Shown here: one piece after another, positions 29,769 to 39,983 of the stretch
Numbering within the stretch: the stretch's first letter is position 1
Layout: each line of letters starts with the position of its first letter
DNA from: Nitrosomonadales bacterium
GTDB lineage: Bacteria; Pseudomonadota; Gammaproteobacteria; Burkholderiales; Gallionellaceae
Assembly: GCA_023259015.1 (NCBI GenBank)
Contig: JAHFRC010000002.1
Span: 2,856 to 66,855, forward strand
Direction: 5' to 3'
Length of the DNA: 64,000 bases
Translations under genes and position numbers: made by a program
Notes under the pieces: model-generated
Seen by the model: only the letters and a program-made list of their open reading frames with translations
Database searches by the model: none
Told to the model about the DNA's origin: nothing

Positions 29769-30391
29769 TGGCAGCCAATGAAATTCTGATCGTGGACGAT
29801 GAAATCGGGATTCGCGAATTACTTTCGGAAATCCTGTTCGATGAAGGCTACCATGTGCACTTGGCGGAAAATGCCGCGCAGGCGCGCGATTTCCGTAATC
29901 AGCAAGCCCCGGATCTGGTGTTGCTGGATATATGGATGCCGGATACCGATGGAGTCACTCTGCTCAAGGAATGGGTGGCGCAGGATTTGTTAACCATGCC
30001 GGTAATCATGATGTCCGGTCATGGCACCATAGAAACTGCCGTTGAAGCGACACGCATCGGCGCAGTGGATTTTCTGGAAAAACCGGTCGCATTGCAAAAG
30101 CTGTTCGATACGGTCGCCAAGGCAATCCGGCAAGGCATGCCACGCCTCAAGCGACAAGTCGATAGTGTAGTTGTCACGGATAGCGCTTCGCTTTTCCCGT
30201 TGCCGTTTGACTTACCCTTGCGCGAGGCGCACGAATATTTTGACAGCCTCTATTTTGATTATCACATGCGCAAGGAAAATGGCAATATGGCGCGTGTGGC
30301 GCAAAAAGCCGGGTTAGAGCGCACTCATGTGTATCGCAAGCTGAAGCAGCTTGGCATTAAATTCACCAAAAAGCCATCAGATAGCAGCTAG
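29768..30391 (+). CDS. Response regulator, REC plus Fis-type HTH, without an AAA+ module
   Basis: 207 aa. The REC reads ILIVDDEIGIRELL...VLLDIWMPDTDG...MMSGHG...DFLEKP and the C-terminal HTH reads NMARVAQKAGLERTHVYRKLKQLGI. Its ATG overlaps the kinase stop (TAATG). Confidence 0.8.
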   Translation: MAANEILIVDDEIGIRELLSEILFDEGYHVHLAENAAQARDFRNQQAPDLVLLDIWMPDTDGVTLLKEWVAQDLLTMPVIMMSGHGTIETAVEATRIGAVDFLEKPVALQKLFDTVAKAIRQGMPRLKRQVDSVVVTDSASLFPLPFDLPLREAHEYFDSLYFDYHMRKENGNMARVAQKAGLERTHVYRKLKQLGIKFTKKPSDSS

Positions 30392-30468
30392 CCAGCAATT
30401 TTCTGCATCTACATGGAAAGGTGAGCATATCTGAAGACAAGAGTGCCCGTATAATATATATAAACCCA

Positions 30469-30795
30469 CTACACTTGCATATTCATAATGTCATTATAGG
30501 CGGCGATCACCTTGTTGCGTACTTGTACAGTGGTTTGGAATGAAATGTTTGCTTTTTGCATATCTATCATTACGTCACTCAGGCTAACCTTGTCGTCACC
30601 CATCACAAAAGCCCTTTGCATAGCTTCAGCATGGTTTTGCACTTGCGCCACGCTATCAAGGGAAGATTTCAGCACGCTGGCAAAATCAGTTGCGCCTGTT
30701 GCGCCTTCTGTATCTTTTGGCAATGCCCCGCCTTGCGCAACGGCTATTGCAGCACGCATTTCAGCCAGCAAATTGTCTACTCCGGAAATTTTCAT
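30469..30795 (-). CDS. fliE: Flagellar hook-basal body complex protein FliE
   Basis: 108 aa with the C-terminus ...MQKANISFQTTVQVRNKVIAAYNDIMNMQV. A GGGAG RBS is present. The gene is divergent from fliF. Confidence 0.9.
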   Translation of the reverse strand: MKISGVDNLLAEMRAAIAVAQGGALPKDTEGATGATDFASVLKSSLDSVAQVQNHAEAMQRAFVMGDDKVSLSDVMIDMQKANISFQTTVQVRNKVIAAYNDIMNMQV

Positions 30796-30961
30796 GGTTC
30801 ACTCCCGTTATTGGAGACCGCACCTTAACAGCAGCGCCTACAATATAAACACCGGAAAAGCCATGAAATTCCCGCGCTTTTCGTGACAATACACCTGACA
30901 TATCCGGCGATAATGCGCAGCATGAGTTAATGGATCAGCAAACAGGAAGCATTGGCACAAA

Positions 30962-32581
30962 ATGGCAGAAGATAATTTGACAACCCCCTCCTCTATGCTA
31001 ACGCAAGCATTGGCAGGACTTAGCAACCAGCAAAAAATAGGGCTGATGGTCGCCATCGCCGCAATTATTGCATTGCTTGTCGGTATGTGGATGTGGGGAC
31101 AAACCCCGGAATACCGCGTGCTGTATAGCAATCTTTCCGACCGCGATGGCGGTGCAATTATCGACTCGCTGCAACAACAAAACATTCCATATAAGTTTTC
31201 TGAAGGCGGCGGCGCCTTGCTGGTTCCCGCCAACCAAGTGCATGAGGTACGCCTGCACCTGGCTTCACAAGGCTTGCCCAAGGGTAGTTTGGTCGGATTT
31301 GAATTGATGGAAAACCAGAAATTTGGCACCAGCCAGTTCCTTGAACAAGTAAATTACCAGCGTGCCCTGGAGGGCGAGTTGGCACGCTCAATGCAGACTC
31401 TGGCTGCGGTACAAAGCGCCCGTGTCCATCTTGCACTGCCAAAACCCTCTGTTTTCGTGAAAGAACAACAAAAGCCCAGCGCATCCGTGGTGCTGGCGTT
31501 GCATCCAGGCCGCACTCTGGATTCCGGGCAGATAAACGGCATCATTCACCTGATTTCAAGCAGCGTGCCCGACATGCCAGCCAAGAACGTGACCGTGGTA
31601 GACCAGAGCGGTTCCCTGCTGAGTTCCATCAAGGAAGGCGGCGCCGAACTGCTGGATGCCACCCAGCTCAAGTATGTGCGGCAGATTGAACAAGACTACA
31701 TAAAGCGCATCCAAGACATAATTACGCCTCTGGTTGGCGCCGATAATGTACGTGCGCAAATCACCGCTGACATCGATTTTTCGCAGGCCGAACAAACAGC
31801 GGAAACTTTCAGGCCAAACCAGCCGCCTAATGAAGCGGCGGTACGCAGCCAGCAAAACATGGAATCGCGGAATAGCAGCGACCAAAATGCCGCTGGTGTG
31901 CCTGGAGCGCTGACTAACCAGCCCCCGGTTCCAGCCACAGCGCCCATTGTCGCACCAACCAGCGCAGTGGCTGCATCTGGTGTGGGGGAATCCAGCATGC
32001 ATAAGGAGTCAACTGTCAATTATGAAGTGGACCGCACCATCAGCCATACCAAATTACCGGTAGGCAGAATTAAACGTCTTTCGGTTGCGGTAGTAGTAAA
32101 CAACCGGGCGGTCACAGACAAGGATGGCAAGACCAGTTCCAAACCGCTTAGCGAAAGTGAAAAAACCCAGATTACGGCGCTGGTGAAAGAGGCAATGGGG
32201 TACGATGCCAGCCGCGGCGATACCCTGAGTGTGCAGAACAGCGCCTTTAACGAAGAAAAGGCGGCGCTCCCGGAAATACCTATCTGGAAACAGCCGGAAA
32301 TGATTGCGTTGGCGAAGGATGCATTAAAGTATCTGCTGATCGCAGGCATCGGGTTGTTCTTGCTGCTTGGCATAATCCGCCCGGCATTCAAAAACTTAAC
32401 GGCTGCAGCCGAGAAAAAAATTGAAGAAGAAAGCGAGGAGCTGCACCCCCCCGTTCCCGAGCTTAGCGAAGCAGAAAAAGCCGCCATTTCCTTTGACGAA
32501 AGCCTGCAGGCCGTAAAACAAATGGCAAAGCAAGAACCCAAGATCGTGGCAACAGTAGTCAAGGAATGGGTAAGTAAATAA
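30962..32581 (+). CDS. fliF: Flagellar MS-ring protein FliF
   Basis: 539 aa. It has an N-terminal TM (IGLMVAIAAIIALLVGMWMW), YRVLYSNLSDRDGGAIIDSLQQQNIPYKF and a C-terminal TM. It is first in the fliF-R operon. Confidence 0.95.
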   Translation: MAEDNLTTPSSMLTQALAGLSNQQKIGLMVAIAAIIALLVGMWMWGQTPEYRVLYSNLSDRDGGAIIDSLQQQNIPYKFSEGGGALLVPANQVHEVRLHLASQGLPKGSLVGFELMENQKFGTSQFLEQVNYQRALEGELARSMQTLAAVQSARVHLALPKPSVFVKEQQKPSASVVLALHPGRTLDSGQINGIIHLISSSVPDMPAKNVTVVDQSGSLLSSIKEGGAELLDATQLKYVRQIEQDYIKRIQDIITPLVGADNVRAQITADIDFSQAEQTAETFRPNQPPNEAAVRSQQNMESRNSSDQNAAGVPGALTNQPPVPATAPIVAPTSAVAASGVGESSMHKESTVNYEVDRTISHTKLPVGRIKRLSVAVVVNNRAVTDKDGKTSSKPLSESEKTQITALVKEAMGYDASRGDTLSVQNSAFNEEKAALPEIPIWKQPEMIALAKDALKYLLIAGIGLFLLLGIIRPAFKNLTAAAEKKIEEESEELHPPVPELSEAEKAAISFDESLQAVKQMAKQEPKIVATVVKEWVSK

Positions 32582-33576
32582 TGAGCGAGGCCGGAATAAA
32601 TAAAAGCGCAATCCTGCTCCTGACGCTGGGCGAGGATGAGGCTGCAGAGGTTATGAAACACCTCGACCCCAGGGAAGTGCAAAAGATCAGCACTGCCATG
32701 GCGACGCTAAAGGATCTCTCACGTGAGCAGATTATGGAAGTGTTTGAGGAATTCCACCAAGTTGCCGCAGAGAAAACCATTTTCGGCATGGACGCCAACG
32801 ATTACATCCGCAAGATGCTAACCAAGGCGCTGGGCGCTGACAAGGCAGCAGGTTTGCTTGACCGCATCATGCAGGGTGACGATACCAGTGGCATCGAAAG
32901 CCTGAAGTGGATGGATGCGGCTGCAATTTCCGAAATGATTGGGGGCGAGCACCCGCAGATCATCGCCACCATATTGGTGCATCTCGAGCCTGAACAGGCT
33001 TCCAGCATTTTGAATTTCATGACAGAGCGTACGCGCAACGATGTGCTTCTGCGTATTGCCACGCTGGACAGTGTGCAACCCACTGCTCTTCGTGAATTGA
33101 ATAATGTGTTGACAGGGCTGCTTACCGGCGACGGGGTAGCAAAGAAACACATCAAGGGTGGCGTGCGCACCGCTGCGGAAATCCTCAATTTCATAGGCAG
33201 CGCGCAAGAAGGCGCCATCATTGAAACGGTGCGCGGATATGACCCCGATTTGGCGCAAAAGATCATTGATGAAATGTTTGTATTCGAGGACATAATTGAA
33301 CTGGATGACCGAGCCATCCAACTTATCCTGCGCGAAATACAGTCCGAATCCCTGATCACCGCGCTTAAAGGATCTTCCGAGGAGTTGCGCGAAAAAATAT
33401 TCAAGAACATGTCACAACGCGCCGCCGAAATGCTGCGCGAAGACCTGGAGGCAAAAGGCCCGGTAAGAGTCAGCGAAGTAGAGGCGGAGCAGAAAGAAAT
33501 CCTCAAGGTAGTGCGCCGCCTGTCAGACGAAGGGCAAATCGCATTGGGCGGCAAGGGGGAGGAAGCTTATGTCTGA
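32581..33576 (+). CDS. fliG: Flagellar motor switch protein FliG
   Basis: 331 aa with KSAILLLTLGEDEAAEVMKHL, MFVFEDI and the torque helix region REDLEAKGPVRVSEVEAEQKEIL. Confidence 0.95.
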   Translation: MSEAGINKSAILLLTLGEDEAAEVMKHLDPREVQKISTAMATLKDLSREQIMEVFEEFHQVAAEKTIFGMDANDYIRKMLTKALGADKAAGLLDRIMQGDDTSGIESLKWMDAAAISEMIGGEHPQIIATILVHLEPEQASSILNFMTERTRNDVLLRIATLDSVQPTALRELNNVLTGLLTGDGVAKKHIKGGVRTAAEILNFIGSAQEGAIIETVRGYDPDLAQKIIDEMFVFEDIIELDDRAIQLILREIQSESLITALKGSSEELREKIFKNMSQRAAEMLREDLEAKGPVRVSEVEAEQKEILKVVRRLSDEGQIALGGKGEEAYV

Positions 33577-34219
33577 TGCAATTACTCAGAAAGAGAAGCT
33601 CACCGCCTACCAGCGGTGGGAGCTGCCTGTCTTCGATATGGTTAAGATTGCCGATGCGGTTCCCACAGTTGTCCAGATCGAACAGATACAACAGCAGGCG
33701 CACGAGGAAGGTTACAAAACCGGTTATGACGAAGGTTATGGCAAAGGTTATGCAGAAGGGGCGCAAAAGGCCCTCGATGAGAAGCAAAAAGCCAGCAATG
33801 AGGCTCAACGCTTGACTGGAATGATAGGTGAATTGGAAAAAGAATTGCAACAAGCGGATCAGCAAATCGCTGAGGACTTGTTGAATTTGGCGCTTGAAAT
33901 TGCCAGACAAATGCTGCAACAAGCGCTTAAAGTCAAGCCAGACTTGTTGCTAAATGTGGTACGCGAAGCTATCAGCGAATTGCCGCATTTCAACCAGCAC
34001 GCCAGACTGATCCTGCATCCCGCCGATGCGGAGTTGGTGCGCGCTAATATGAAAGAACAACTAGCCAACACAGACTGGAAAATTTTCGAGGACGCGCAAA
34101 TGGAGCGTGGGGGCTGTCGTGTGGAAACTGCACTCAGCCAGATTGACGCCACGCTGGCCACACGCTGGAAGCGTGTGGTCGCTTCCATTGGGCAGAATAG
34201 TGCATGGGTGGAACCATGA
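33569..34219 (+). CDS. fliH: Flagellar export apparatus protein FliH
   Basis: 216 aa. It has a charged coiled-coil centre, overlaps fliG and fliI (coupled), and sits at the canonical position. Confidence 0.85.
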   Translation: MSDAITQKEKLTAYQRWELPVFDMVKIADAVPTVVQIEQIQQQAHEEGYKTGYDEGYGKGYAEGAQKALDEKQKASNEAQRLTGMIGELEKELQQADQQIAEDLLNLALEIARQMLQQALKVKPDLLLNVVREAISELPHFNQHARLILHPADAELVRANMKEQLANTDWKIFEDAQMERGGCRVETALSQIDATLATRWKRVVASIGQNSAWVEP

Positions 34220-35610
34220 GCACCCATACCCAGCGCTGGCAAACACGCCTGAAAGACAACATGGAATCGATCGCACTGAGCCAACCCCTGCTAGTCAGCG
34301 GCCGTTTGACCAAGGTTACCGGCTTGGTAATGGAGGCAGTTGGATTGAAAATGGCGGTTGGCAGTACATGCGTCGTGGAACTGCCTAATAACCTGATTGA
34401 GGCTGAAGTAGTAGGGTTTTCCGGAGAAAAAATTTTTCTCATGCCGGAACATGATGTACATGGATTGATGCCTGGCGCGCGCGTAACGCCGCGTGAACCG
34501 GCATATACGCCTAATGGCAAAAACCGCGTATTGAAAAGGCGCATAGCAGATCGCACACGCCACTTGCCGGTGGGGAATATGCTGTTGGGGCGTGTACTGG
34601 ATGGAGCCGGACGCCCTCTGGACCAGATCGGGCCGTTGCCGGAGGCAGAAACCGCTCCCTTGCAAAGCCGCCCTATCAACCCACTGGATCGCGCACCAAT
34701 CAATGACCCGCTGGATGTAGGCGTGCGCGCCATCAATAATCTCCTGACTGTCGGTCGCGGCCAGCGCATGGGATTGTTCTCCGGCAGCGGGGTAGGCAAG
34801 AGCGTGCTGCTAGGCATGATGGCGCGTTACACCAGCGCCGATATCATCGTTGTCGGACTGATCGGTGAACGCGGGCGTGAAGTCAAGGAATTTATAACCG
34901 ACATTTTGGGCAAGGAAGGTATGGCGCGCTCCGTGGTGGTTGCCGCGCCAGCCGATACCAGCCCGCTGATGCGCTTGCAGGGCGCCGCTTACGCCACCAC
35001 CATCGCCGAATATTTCCGCGACCAGGGCAAGAATGTGCTGCTGATCATGGATTCGCTTACCCGTTACGCCATGGCGCAGCGCGAAATCGCGCTGGCGATT
35101 GGCGAACCTCCAGCCACCAAGGGTTATCCGCCCTCGGTCTTCGCCAAGTTGCCGCAACTGGTTGAACGCGCCGGCAACGGCACGGAAGGCGGCGGGTCAA
35201 TTACCGCATTCTATACTGTGCTGACCGAGGGCGACGACCAGCAGGATCCCATTGCCGACAGCGCACGTGCCATCCTGGATGGCCACATTGTGCTGTCGCG
35301 CCGCCTGTCTGAGCAAGGCCACTACCCGGCCATAGATATCGAGGCCTCCATCAGCCGCGCCATGAATCACCTGGTTTCCGAGCAGCAATTCAGTGCAGTA
35401 CAGCGCTTCAAGCACCTGTATGCTCATTACCAGCGCAACCACGATTTAATCAGCGTCGGGGCGTATGTCAGCGGCAGCGACCCGTTGCTTGATGAAGGCA
35501 TCGCAATGTATCCGCACATGGAGCGCTTTCTCAAGCAGGGCATGTTCGAGCGCGAAGATTTTGCCAGCGGCAGGGCGGCGTTTAACAGTTTATTCAACAA
35601 ACCACATTAA
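34216..35610 (+). CDS. fliI: Flagellum-specific ATPase FliI
   Basis: Walker A is GSGVGKS and Walker B is [12 protein letters not shown]; the fold is F1-ATPase beta-like. The ATG at 34216 overlaps the fliH stop (ATGA). The ORF is open from 34204. Confidence 0.95.
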   Translation: MSTHTQRWQTRLKDNMESIALSQPLLVSGRLTKVTGLVMEAVGLKMAVGSTCVVELPNNLIEAEVVGFSGEKIFLMPEHDVHGLMPGARVTPREPAYTPNGKNRVLKRRIADRTRHLPVGNMLLGRVLDGAGRPLDQIGPLPEAETAPLQSRPINPLDRAPINDPLDVGVRAINNLLTVGRGQRMGLFSGSGVGKSVLLGMMARYTSADIIVVGLIGERGREVKEFITDILGKEGMARSVVVAAPADTSPLMRLQGAAYATTIAEYFRDQGKNVLLIMDSLTRYAMAQREIALAIGEPPATKGYPPSVFAKLPQLVERAGNGTEGGGSITAFYTVLTEGDDQQDPIADSARAILDGHIVLSRRLSEQGHYPAIDIEASISRAMNHLVSEQQFSAVQRFKHLYAHYQRNHDLISVGAYVSGSDPLLDEGIAMYPHMERFLKQGMFEREDFASGRAAFNSLFNKPH

Positions 35611-35625
35611 CCACCAGCTCACATC

Positions 35626-36087
35626 ATGATTAAACCCTTTTCCCTGCAACCACTGGTGCATCTGGCGCAGCAGAAAAATGAAGCAGCCGCAAAAAAATTC
35701 GGGCAGCTTAACCAACAGCAGCAAGCCGCGCAAACCAAACTGGGTACGCTGCTGCAATACCGGAAGGATTACCAGGAACGTTTTCAGGAAGCGGTGCAGA
35801 ACGGCATGAGCCAATCCGACCTGCGCAACTTTCAGAATTTCATCCAGCGCCTGGATGAAGCCATTGCCCAGCAGCGCAGCGCCAATGAGCAAGCACTAAA
35901 CTCGGTACAAACTGGGCGTAGCGAACTACAGGATACGCAACGCAAGATGAAGTCGTTTGACACACTGGAACAACGCTATCTGGAAATTGAAAAAAAACTG
36001 GCGGCAAAATCCGAACAACGCCAGCAAGACGAGCACACTGGACGCTTCGCTGCCATCAAGGCTGCGGCTGCTCAAAACGAGAATTAA
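35626..36087 (+). CDS. fliJ: Flagellar export chaperone FliJ
   Basis: 153 aa, a Gln/Glu-rich coiled coil located directly after fliI. Confidence 0.8.
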   Translation: MIKPFSLQPLVHLAQQKNEAAAKKFGQLNQQQQAAQTKLGTLLQYRKDYQERFQEAVQNGMSQSDLRNFQNFIQRLDEAIAQQRSANEQALNSVQTGRSELQDTQRKMKSFDTLEQRYLEIEKKLAAKSEQRQQDEHTGRFAAIKAAAAQNEN

Positions 36088-36102
36088 CCACTGGAGCCAA
36101 TC

Positions 36103-37335
36103 ATGCAAAACCTGCCCATACTCACCACTGCCAATTCCATTACGCCTGCCCAAGCTTCCACACTGGCTGCCAACAATACGGCACCTGCCACGGAACCGTT
36201 CGGCAGCGTGCTGGCACGTCAGCGTTCCAGTTCAAGTGAACACAATGCAGGAGCCAAGGGCAAAGATCAGGCCGCCTCACCCGCTGCACCCTCAACGGAA
36301 AGTGCACCCGCCGCCAGCGACGAACCGGAAACACCCATACCAGATGTTATCAACATTTTGCCCGGCGACATTTTGGCATCACTATTGCCCGCTGCTACCG
36401 GCACCAAAAGCGTCGCAGCCAAGGAAAAACCTGCCCCGCAAACACCCGCGCCAGACGGAATTAGCACACTGCCCGGCGACATGCTGGCAGCACTGCTTTC
36501 CACGCCCATTGCGATACATGGCGCAAGCACTGCCACTCCTCAACAGCACATTGCGGTTGAAGGGAAGGTGGGGACAAGGCAACAGTCCATTGCTGCCGGA
36601 ATACAGGATAATGCACAGCAATCCGCAAACATGAACCAATCCATCGGCGAGCAAGCAGCATCGCCGCTCCTCCGTACTCAAGGAAACACTACGCCTGCTA
36701 TCGCAGCAGCCAACTCTACCCAGGACAAAACCTTTACTGCAACACTGGAGGCATTGAGTAAGGAGGCAGCGAATACGGCGCTACCAGCCGCCGCTACGCA
36801 AAATTCTGCCCCAGCCCAAGTCGCATTGTCTGATGCTGTTGCCTTGGCTGGTTTGGCTCAAGGCACTGCATCGCCAATTGCTTCCAGCACAAATGCACCG
36901 GCACAAGCAGTTGTAAACACCCCAGTGACCCACGAAGCATGGGGCGACGAATTCAACCAGAAAGTCACTTGGTTAGCCACGCAGCATGAGCAAACGGCGG
37001 AGTTGCACCTCAATCCCCCGCATTTAGGGCCGCTGGATGTGGTTCTCAACATCAGTGGCGATCAGGCCACCGCGTTATTTATTTCACCGCATGCCGCCGT
37101 ACGCGATGCAGTGGAGCAGGCTCTCCCCAAACTCCGCGAAATGTTGGCTGACAACGGCATCACGCTGGGCAATGCCATGGTGAACGATCAATCCGCCAAG
37201 GAACAGCAGGCAGGACAGGCAAGCAAACAACCGGTCGTAAACGGAAGCTTGCCTGAAAAAACAGATGACACCGCTCCCGTCGGTTTGGTTTGGCCAGCAC
37301 GCCGCCACCAAGGCATGGTAGACACTTTCGCCTGA
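36103..37335 (+). CDS. fliK: Flagellar hook-length control protein FliK
   Basis: 410 aa. The N-terminal two-thirds are Ala/Pro/Thr-rich and look disordered. The conserved C-terminal domain reads AELHLNPPHLGPLDVVLNISGDQATALFISPHAAVRDAVEQALPKLREML. Confidence 0.9.
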   Translation: MQNLPILTTANSITPAQASTLAANNTAPATEPFGSVLARQRSSSSEHNAGAKGKDQAASPAAPSTESAPAASDEPETPIPDVINILPGDILASLLPAATGTKSVAAKEKPAPQTPAPDGISTLPGDMLAALLSTPIAIHGASTATPQQHIAVEGKVGTRQQSIAAGIQDNAQQSANMNQSIGEQAASPLLRTQGNTTPAIAAANSTQDKTFTATLEALSKEAANTALPAAATQNSAPAQVALSDAVALAGLAQGTASPIASSTNAPAQAVVNTPVTHEAWGDEFNQKVTWLATQHEQTAELHLNPPHLGPLDVVLNISGDQATALFISPHAAVRDAVEQALPKLREMLADNGITLGNAMVNDQSAKEQQAGQASKQPVVNGSLPEKTDDTAPVGLVWPARRHQGMVDTFA

Positions 37336-37448
37336 TACGGCTTAGAGAACCCCAAATTCCAAGCTGAAAGGGATTATCTGCCCTATTCCGGTTATCATAT
37401 TAGTTAATTTTATTTGATAATTCGAGTCAACAGGTATTAGGAGCTGCA

Positions 37449-38054
37449 ATGGCAAAACCCGCAAAATCGATTCCCGCAACAACTGGAACCGCTATCAAAC
37501 CCGCCAAAAGCAAAAAATTGCTGGTTATTATCATTGCAGCACTGGGGCTTGTCTTCGCGAGTGGTGCGGTAGCTTGGTATTTTACCAGGGGCGGCCACAC
37601 TGAGGCCGCCAAGCAACAAACGACCATGGCACCCAGGTTTATTAAATTAGATACCTTCACCGTTAACTTGCGCCATGATGAGGATGAAGGCGAACGCGTC
37701 CTGCAAACCATGATCAACCTGGAAGTTCACGATGAGGCGCTGGAAGAAAGAATCAAGCTGTACATGCCGAAAATATACAATAACCTGCTGATATTGCTTT
37801 CAAAAAAGCGGGCATCTGAACTCTCGACGGCCGAAGGCAAGCAACGCCTGGCCCAAGAAATAAAAATGGAGGCAGAAGCCGCACTCGGTTTGCGTACAGT
37901 TCCTGTGAGTAGCCTGGTCAAGCCGGTTGCGCGTGAAGGTGGCGCTGCATCCGGCACAACGCCAAATGCGAGTCCTGCTCCGGCTGAAGCACCAGTTGGT
38001 GAAAGTTATTCAGGCATTGTAAGCGTACTGTTCACTTCCTTCATCATTCAGTAA
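37449..38054 (+). CDS. fliL: Flagellar basal body-associated protein FliL
   Basis: 201 aa. It has a single TM (KKLLVIIIAALGLVFASGAVAWYF), FIKLDTFTVNL, and ends in VLFTSFIIQ. Confidence 0.9.
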   Translation: MAKPAKSIPATTGTAIKPAKSKKLLVIIIAALGLVFASGAVAWYFTRGGHTEAAKQQTTMAPRFIKLDTFTVNLRHDEDEGERVLQTMINLEVHDEALEERIKLYMPKIYNNLLILLSKKRASELSTAEGKQRLAQEIKMEAEAALGLRTVPVSSLVKPVAREGGAASGTTPNASPAPAEAPVGESYSGIVSVLFTSFIIQ

Positions 38055-38061
38055 TGATGCC

Positions 38062-39066
38062 ATGAGCAAAGATTTTCTCTCCCAGGATGAAGTCGACTCA
38101 CTGCTGAAAGGTGTCACGGGCGAAGTCGACGAACCGGAACAGCTCGCCGAGCCGGAGGGCGGTGTCAAACCGTATCGTCTTGGTTCGCAAGAACGCATTG
38201 TGCGCGGGCGCATGCCCACGATGGAGATAATCAACGCACGTTTTGCGCGGCTATTCAGGATTGCTTTTTTCAACTTGATCCGGCGTACTGCCGACATTTC
38301 GGTGGGACAAATACGCATACAGCAATATAGTGAATTTATCCGCAACCTGCCGGTGCCTGCCAACTTCAACGTAATTCAGCCCAAGCCCCTGCGCGGCCAT
38401 GCGCTATTTATCTTTGACCCAAACCTGATTTTCCTGGTGGTTGACAACATGTTCGGCGGTGACGGGCGCTTCCACACTCGCGTCGAAGGGCGCGAATTCA
38501 CCCAGACTGAGCAGCGCATCATCCAGAAGTTGCTCGCTGCGGTGTTCGAGTCTTATGGCAAGGCATGGGAGCCAGTGTATCCGCTTGAGTTTGAGTTTGT
38601 GCGCTCTGAAATGAACTCACAGTTCGCCAGCGTAACTACCGCCAACGAAGTAGTGATGGTCACCACCTTCGATATCGAATTCGGCGGCATCGGAGGAGCA
38701 TTTCATGTGCTGATGCCCTATGCCATGATAGAGCCTATCCGTGAACTGCTCTATAGCACCGTACAGGGCGAACATATGGCATCGGATACGCGCTGGTTGC
38801 GCACGCTATCCAAACAGGTGCAAGCTGCCGAGGTTGAATTGACTGCAATACTAGGCCATGCCCGCGTAACAATTGACCATGTGCTGAAAATGCGCAATGG
38901 CGACACGATCTACCTGGATACACAGAACAACATCGTAGCTCAGGTGGATGGCGTGCCAGTAATGGAATGCACGTATGGAATATCAAACGGCCAGTATGCC
39001 CTGAAGGTAGAAAAAATACTGGCCACCAAAATAATCGACACAACCGATGGAGGCAAGCATGCCTGA
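38062..39066 (+). CDS. fliM: Flagellar motor switch protein FliM
   Basis: 334 aa. The N-terminal CheY-P-binding peptide is LSQDEVDSLL, followed by a CheC-like middle domain and a SpoA-like C-terminus. Confidence 0.95.
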   Translation: MSKDFLSQDEVDSLLKGVTGEVDEPEQLAEPEGGVKPYRLGSQERIVRGRMPTMEIINARFARLFRIAFFNLIRRTADISVGQIRIQQYSEFIRNLPVPANFNVIQPKPLRGHALFIFDPNLIFLVVDNMFGGDGRFHTRVEGREFTQTEQRIIQKLLAAVFESYGKAWEPVYPLEFEFVRSEMNSQFASVTTANEVVMVTTFDIEFGGIGGAFHVLMPYAMIEPIRELLYSTVQGEHMASDTRWLRTLSKQVQAAEVELTAILGHARVTIDHVLKMRNGDTIYLDTQNNIVAQVDGVPVMECTYGISNGQYALKVEKILATKIIDTTDGGKHA

Positions 39067-39517
39067 CGAAAATACAGAAATCAGCGCTGACGACTGGGGT
39101 GCTGCGATGGCAGAACAAACCGCGGCTACATCACCGGTAGACGATTGGGGTGCTGCGATGGCAGAACAAACCGCGGCCACCGCACAGGCAGCTGCCCCAG
39201 CCACTCCCCATGTTTTTCAACATCTCGATGCCGGGGCTGGGCAGGGTATGACGCACAACGATCTTGATATGATCATGGATATCCCGGTTCAGCTCACGGT
39301 CGAACTTGGGCGCACCAAAATGCCCATAAAAAACCTGTTGCAACTGGCTCAGGGATCGGTAGTAGAACTGTCCGGGCTGGCAGGCGAACCGCTGGATGTG
39401 TTTATCAACGGATTCCTGATTGCACAAGGCGAGGTGGTAGTGGTGAACGAAAAGCTGGGTATACGCGTTACCGATATTATTACCCCCTCGGAACGGCTGC
39501 GCCGCCTAAACCGCTGA
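39059..39517 (+). CDS. fliN: Flagellar motor switch protein FliN
   Basis: The C-terminal SpoA domain reads LDMIMDIPVQLTVELGRTKMPIKNLLQL...GEVVVVNEKLGIRVTDIITPSERLRRL. ATG 39059 sits 5 nt after GGAGG. The ORF is open from 39047. Confidence 0.95.
   Translation: MPDENTEISADDWGAAMAEQTAATSPVDDWGAAMAEQTAATAQAAAPATPHVFQHLDAGAGQGMTHNDLDMIMDIPVQLTVELGRTKMPIKNLLQLAQGSVVELSGLAGEPLDVFINGFLIAQGEVVVVNEKLGIRVTDIITPSERLRRLNR
39089..39190. repeat. 51-bp tandem duplication inside fliN (encodes DDWGAAMAEQTAAT twice)
   Basis: The segments 39089-39139 and 39140-39190 are identical apart from two synonymous changes (gacgaCt/gacgaTt, ggcT/ggcC) until they diverge over the last ~10 nt. Confidence 0.9.
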
Positions 39518-39518
39518 A

Positions 39519-39983
39519 ATGCAAAAACCCAACACCCTGAAGCATTCCTGCTTTTGTTTCTTTGCCGCTTTAAGTGCGCCGCTGCATGCTTCACCAGAAA
39601 TTGCACGCCCCGCCTATACTCCGCCGCCATCGGCGGTATCGTCCGGCAGCATACTGCAAATCATTTTCAGTTTGCTGCTCGTGCTGGCGGCAGTGGTTGC
39701 GGCTGCATGGATACTGAAGCGCATCAGCTTGCCGCAATATGGCGGGGGTAATTTGCTCAAGGTTATCAGTGGCGTTGCAGTAGGCCAGCGCGAACGTATC
39801 GTACTGGTGGAAGTCAAGGACACATGGCTGGTGGTAGGCGTTGCACCAGGGCAAGTGCACACCCTGCACAGCATGCCCAAAGGCGAGCTGCCCCTCCATC
39901 CAACCGGCTCATCTTCCGATGGTGATGGAAAGTTTCAGGGTTGGCTCAAGCAGATGATGGAGAAGCGCAATGCGAACCAGTAG
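39519..39983 (+). CDS. fliO: Flagellar biosynthesis protein FliO
   Basis: 154 aa. It has one central TM ([22 protein letters not shown]) followed by RERIVLVEV, and lies between fliN and fliP. Confidence 0.8.
   Translation: MQKPNTLKHSCFCFFAALSAPLHASPEIARPAYTPPPSAVSSGSILQIIFSLLLVLAAVVAAAWILKRISLPQYGGGNLLKVISGVAVGQRERIVLVEVKDTWLVVGVAPGQVHTLHSMPKGELPLHPTGSSSDGDGKFQGWLKQMMEKRNANQ

Noticed and set aside
30953-30958. A TGGCAC hexamer next to fliF, considered as a sigma-54 -24 element.
   Set aside because: It lies only 4 nt before the fliF ATG, so a transcript from it would start inside the gene. No TTGC -12 element follows at the right spacing.
35957-36634. A 225-aa plus-strand ORF overlapping the fliJ 3' end and fliK in another frame.
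   Set aside because: Its product is Pro/Arg/His-rich nonsense-like sequence. The fliK frame carries the conserved C-terminal hook-length domain, and the alternative frame has no RBS.
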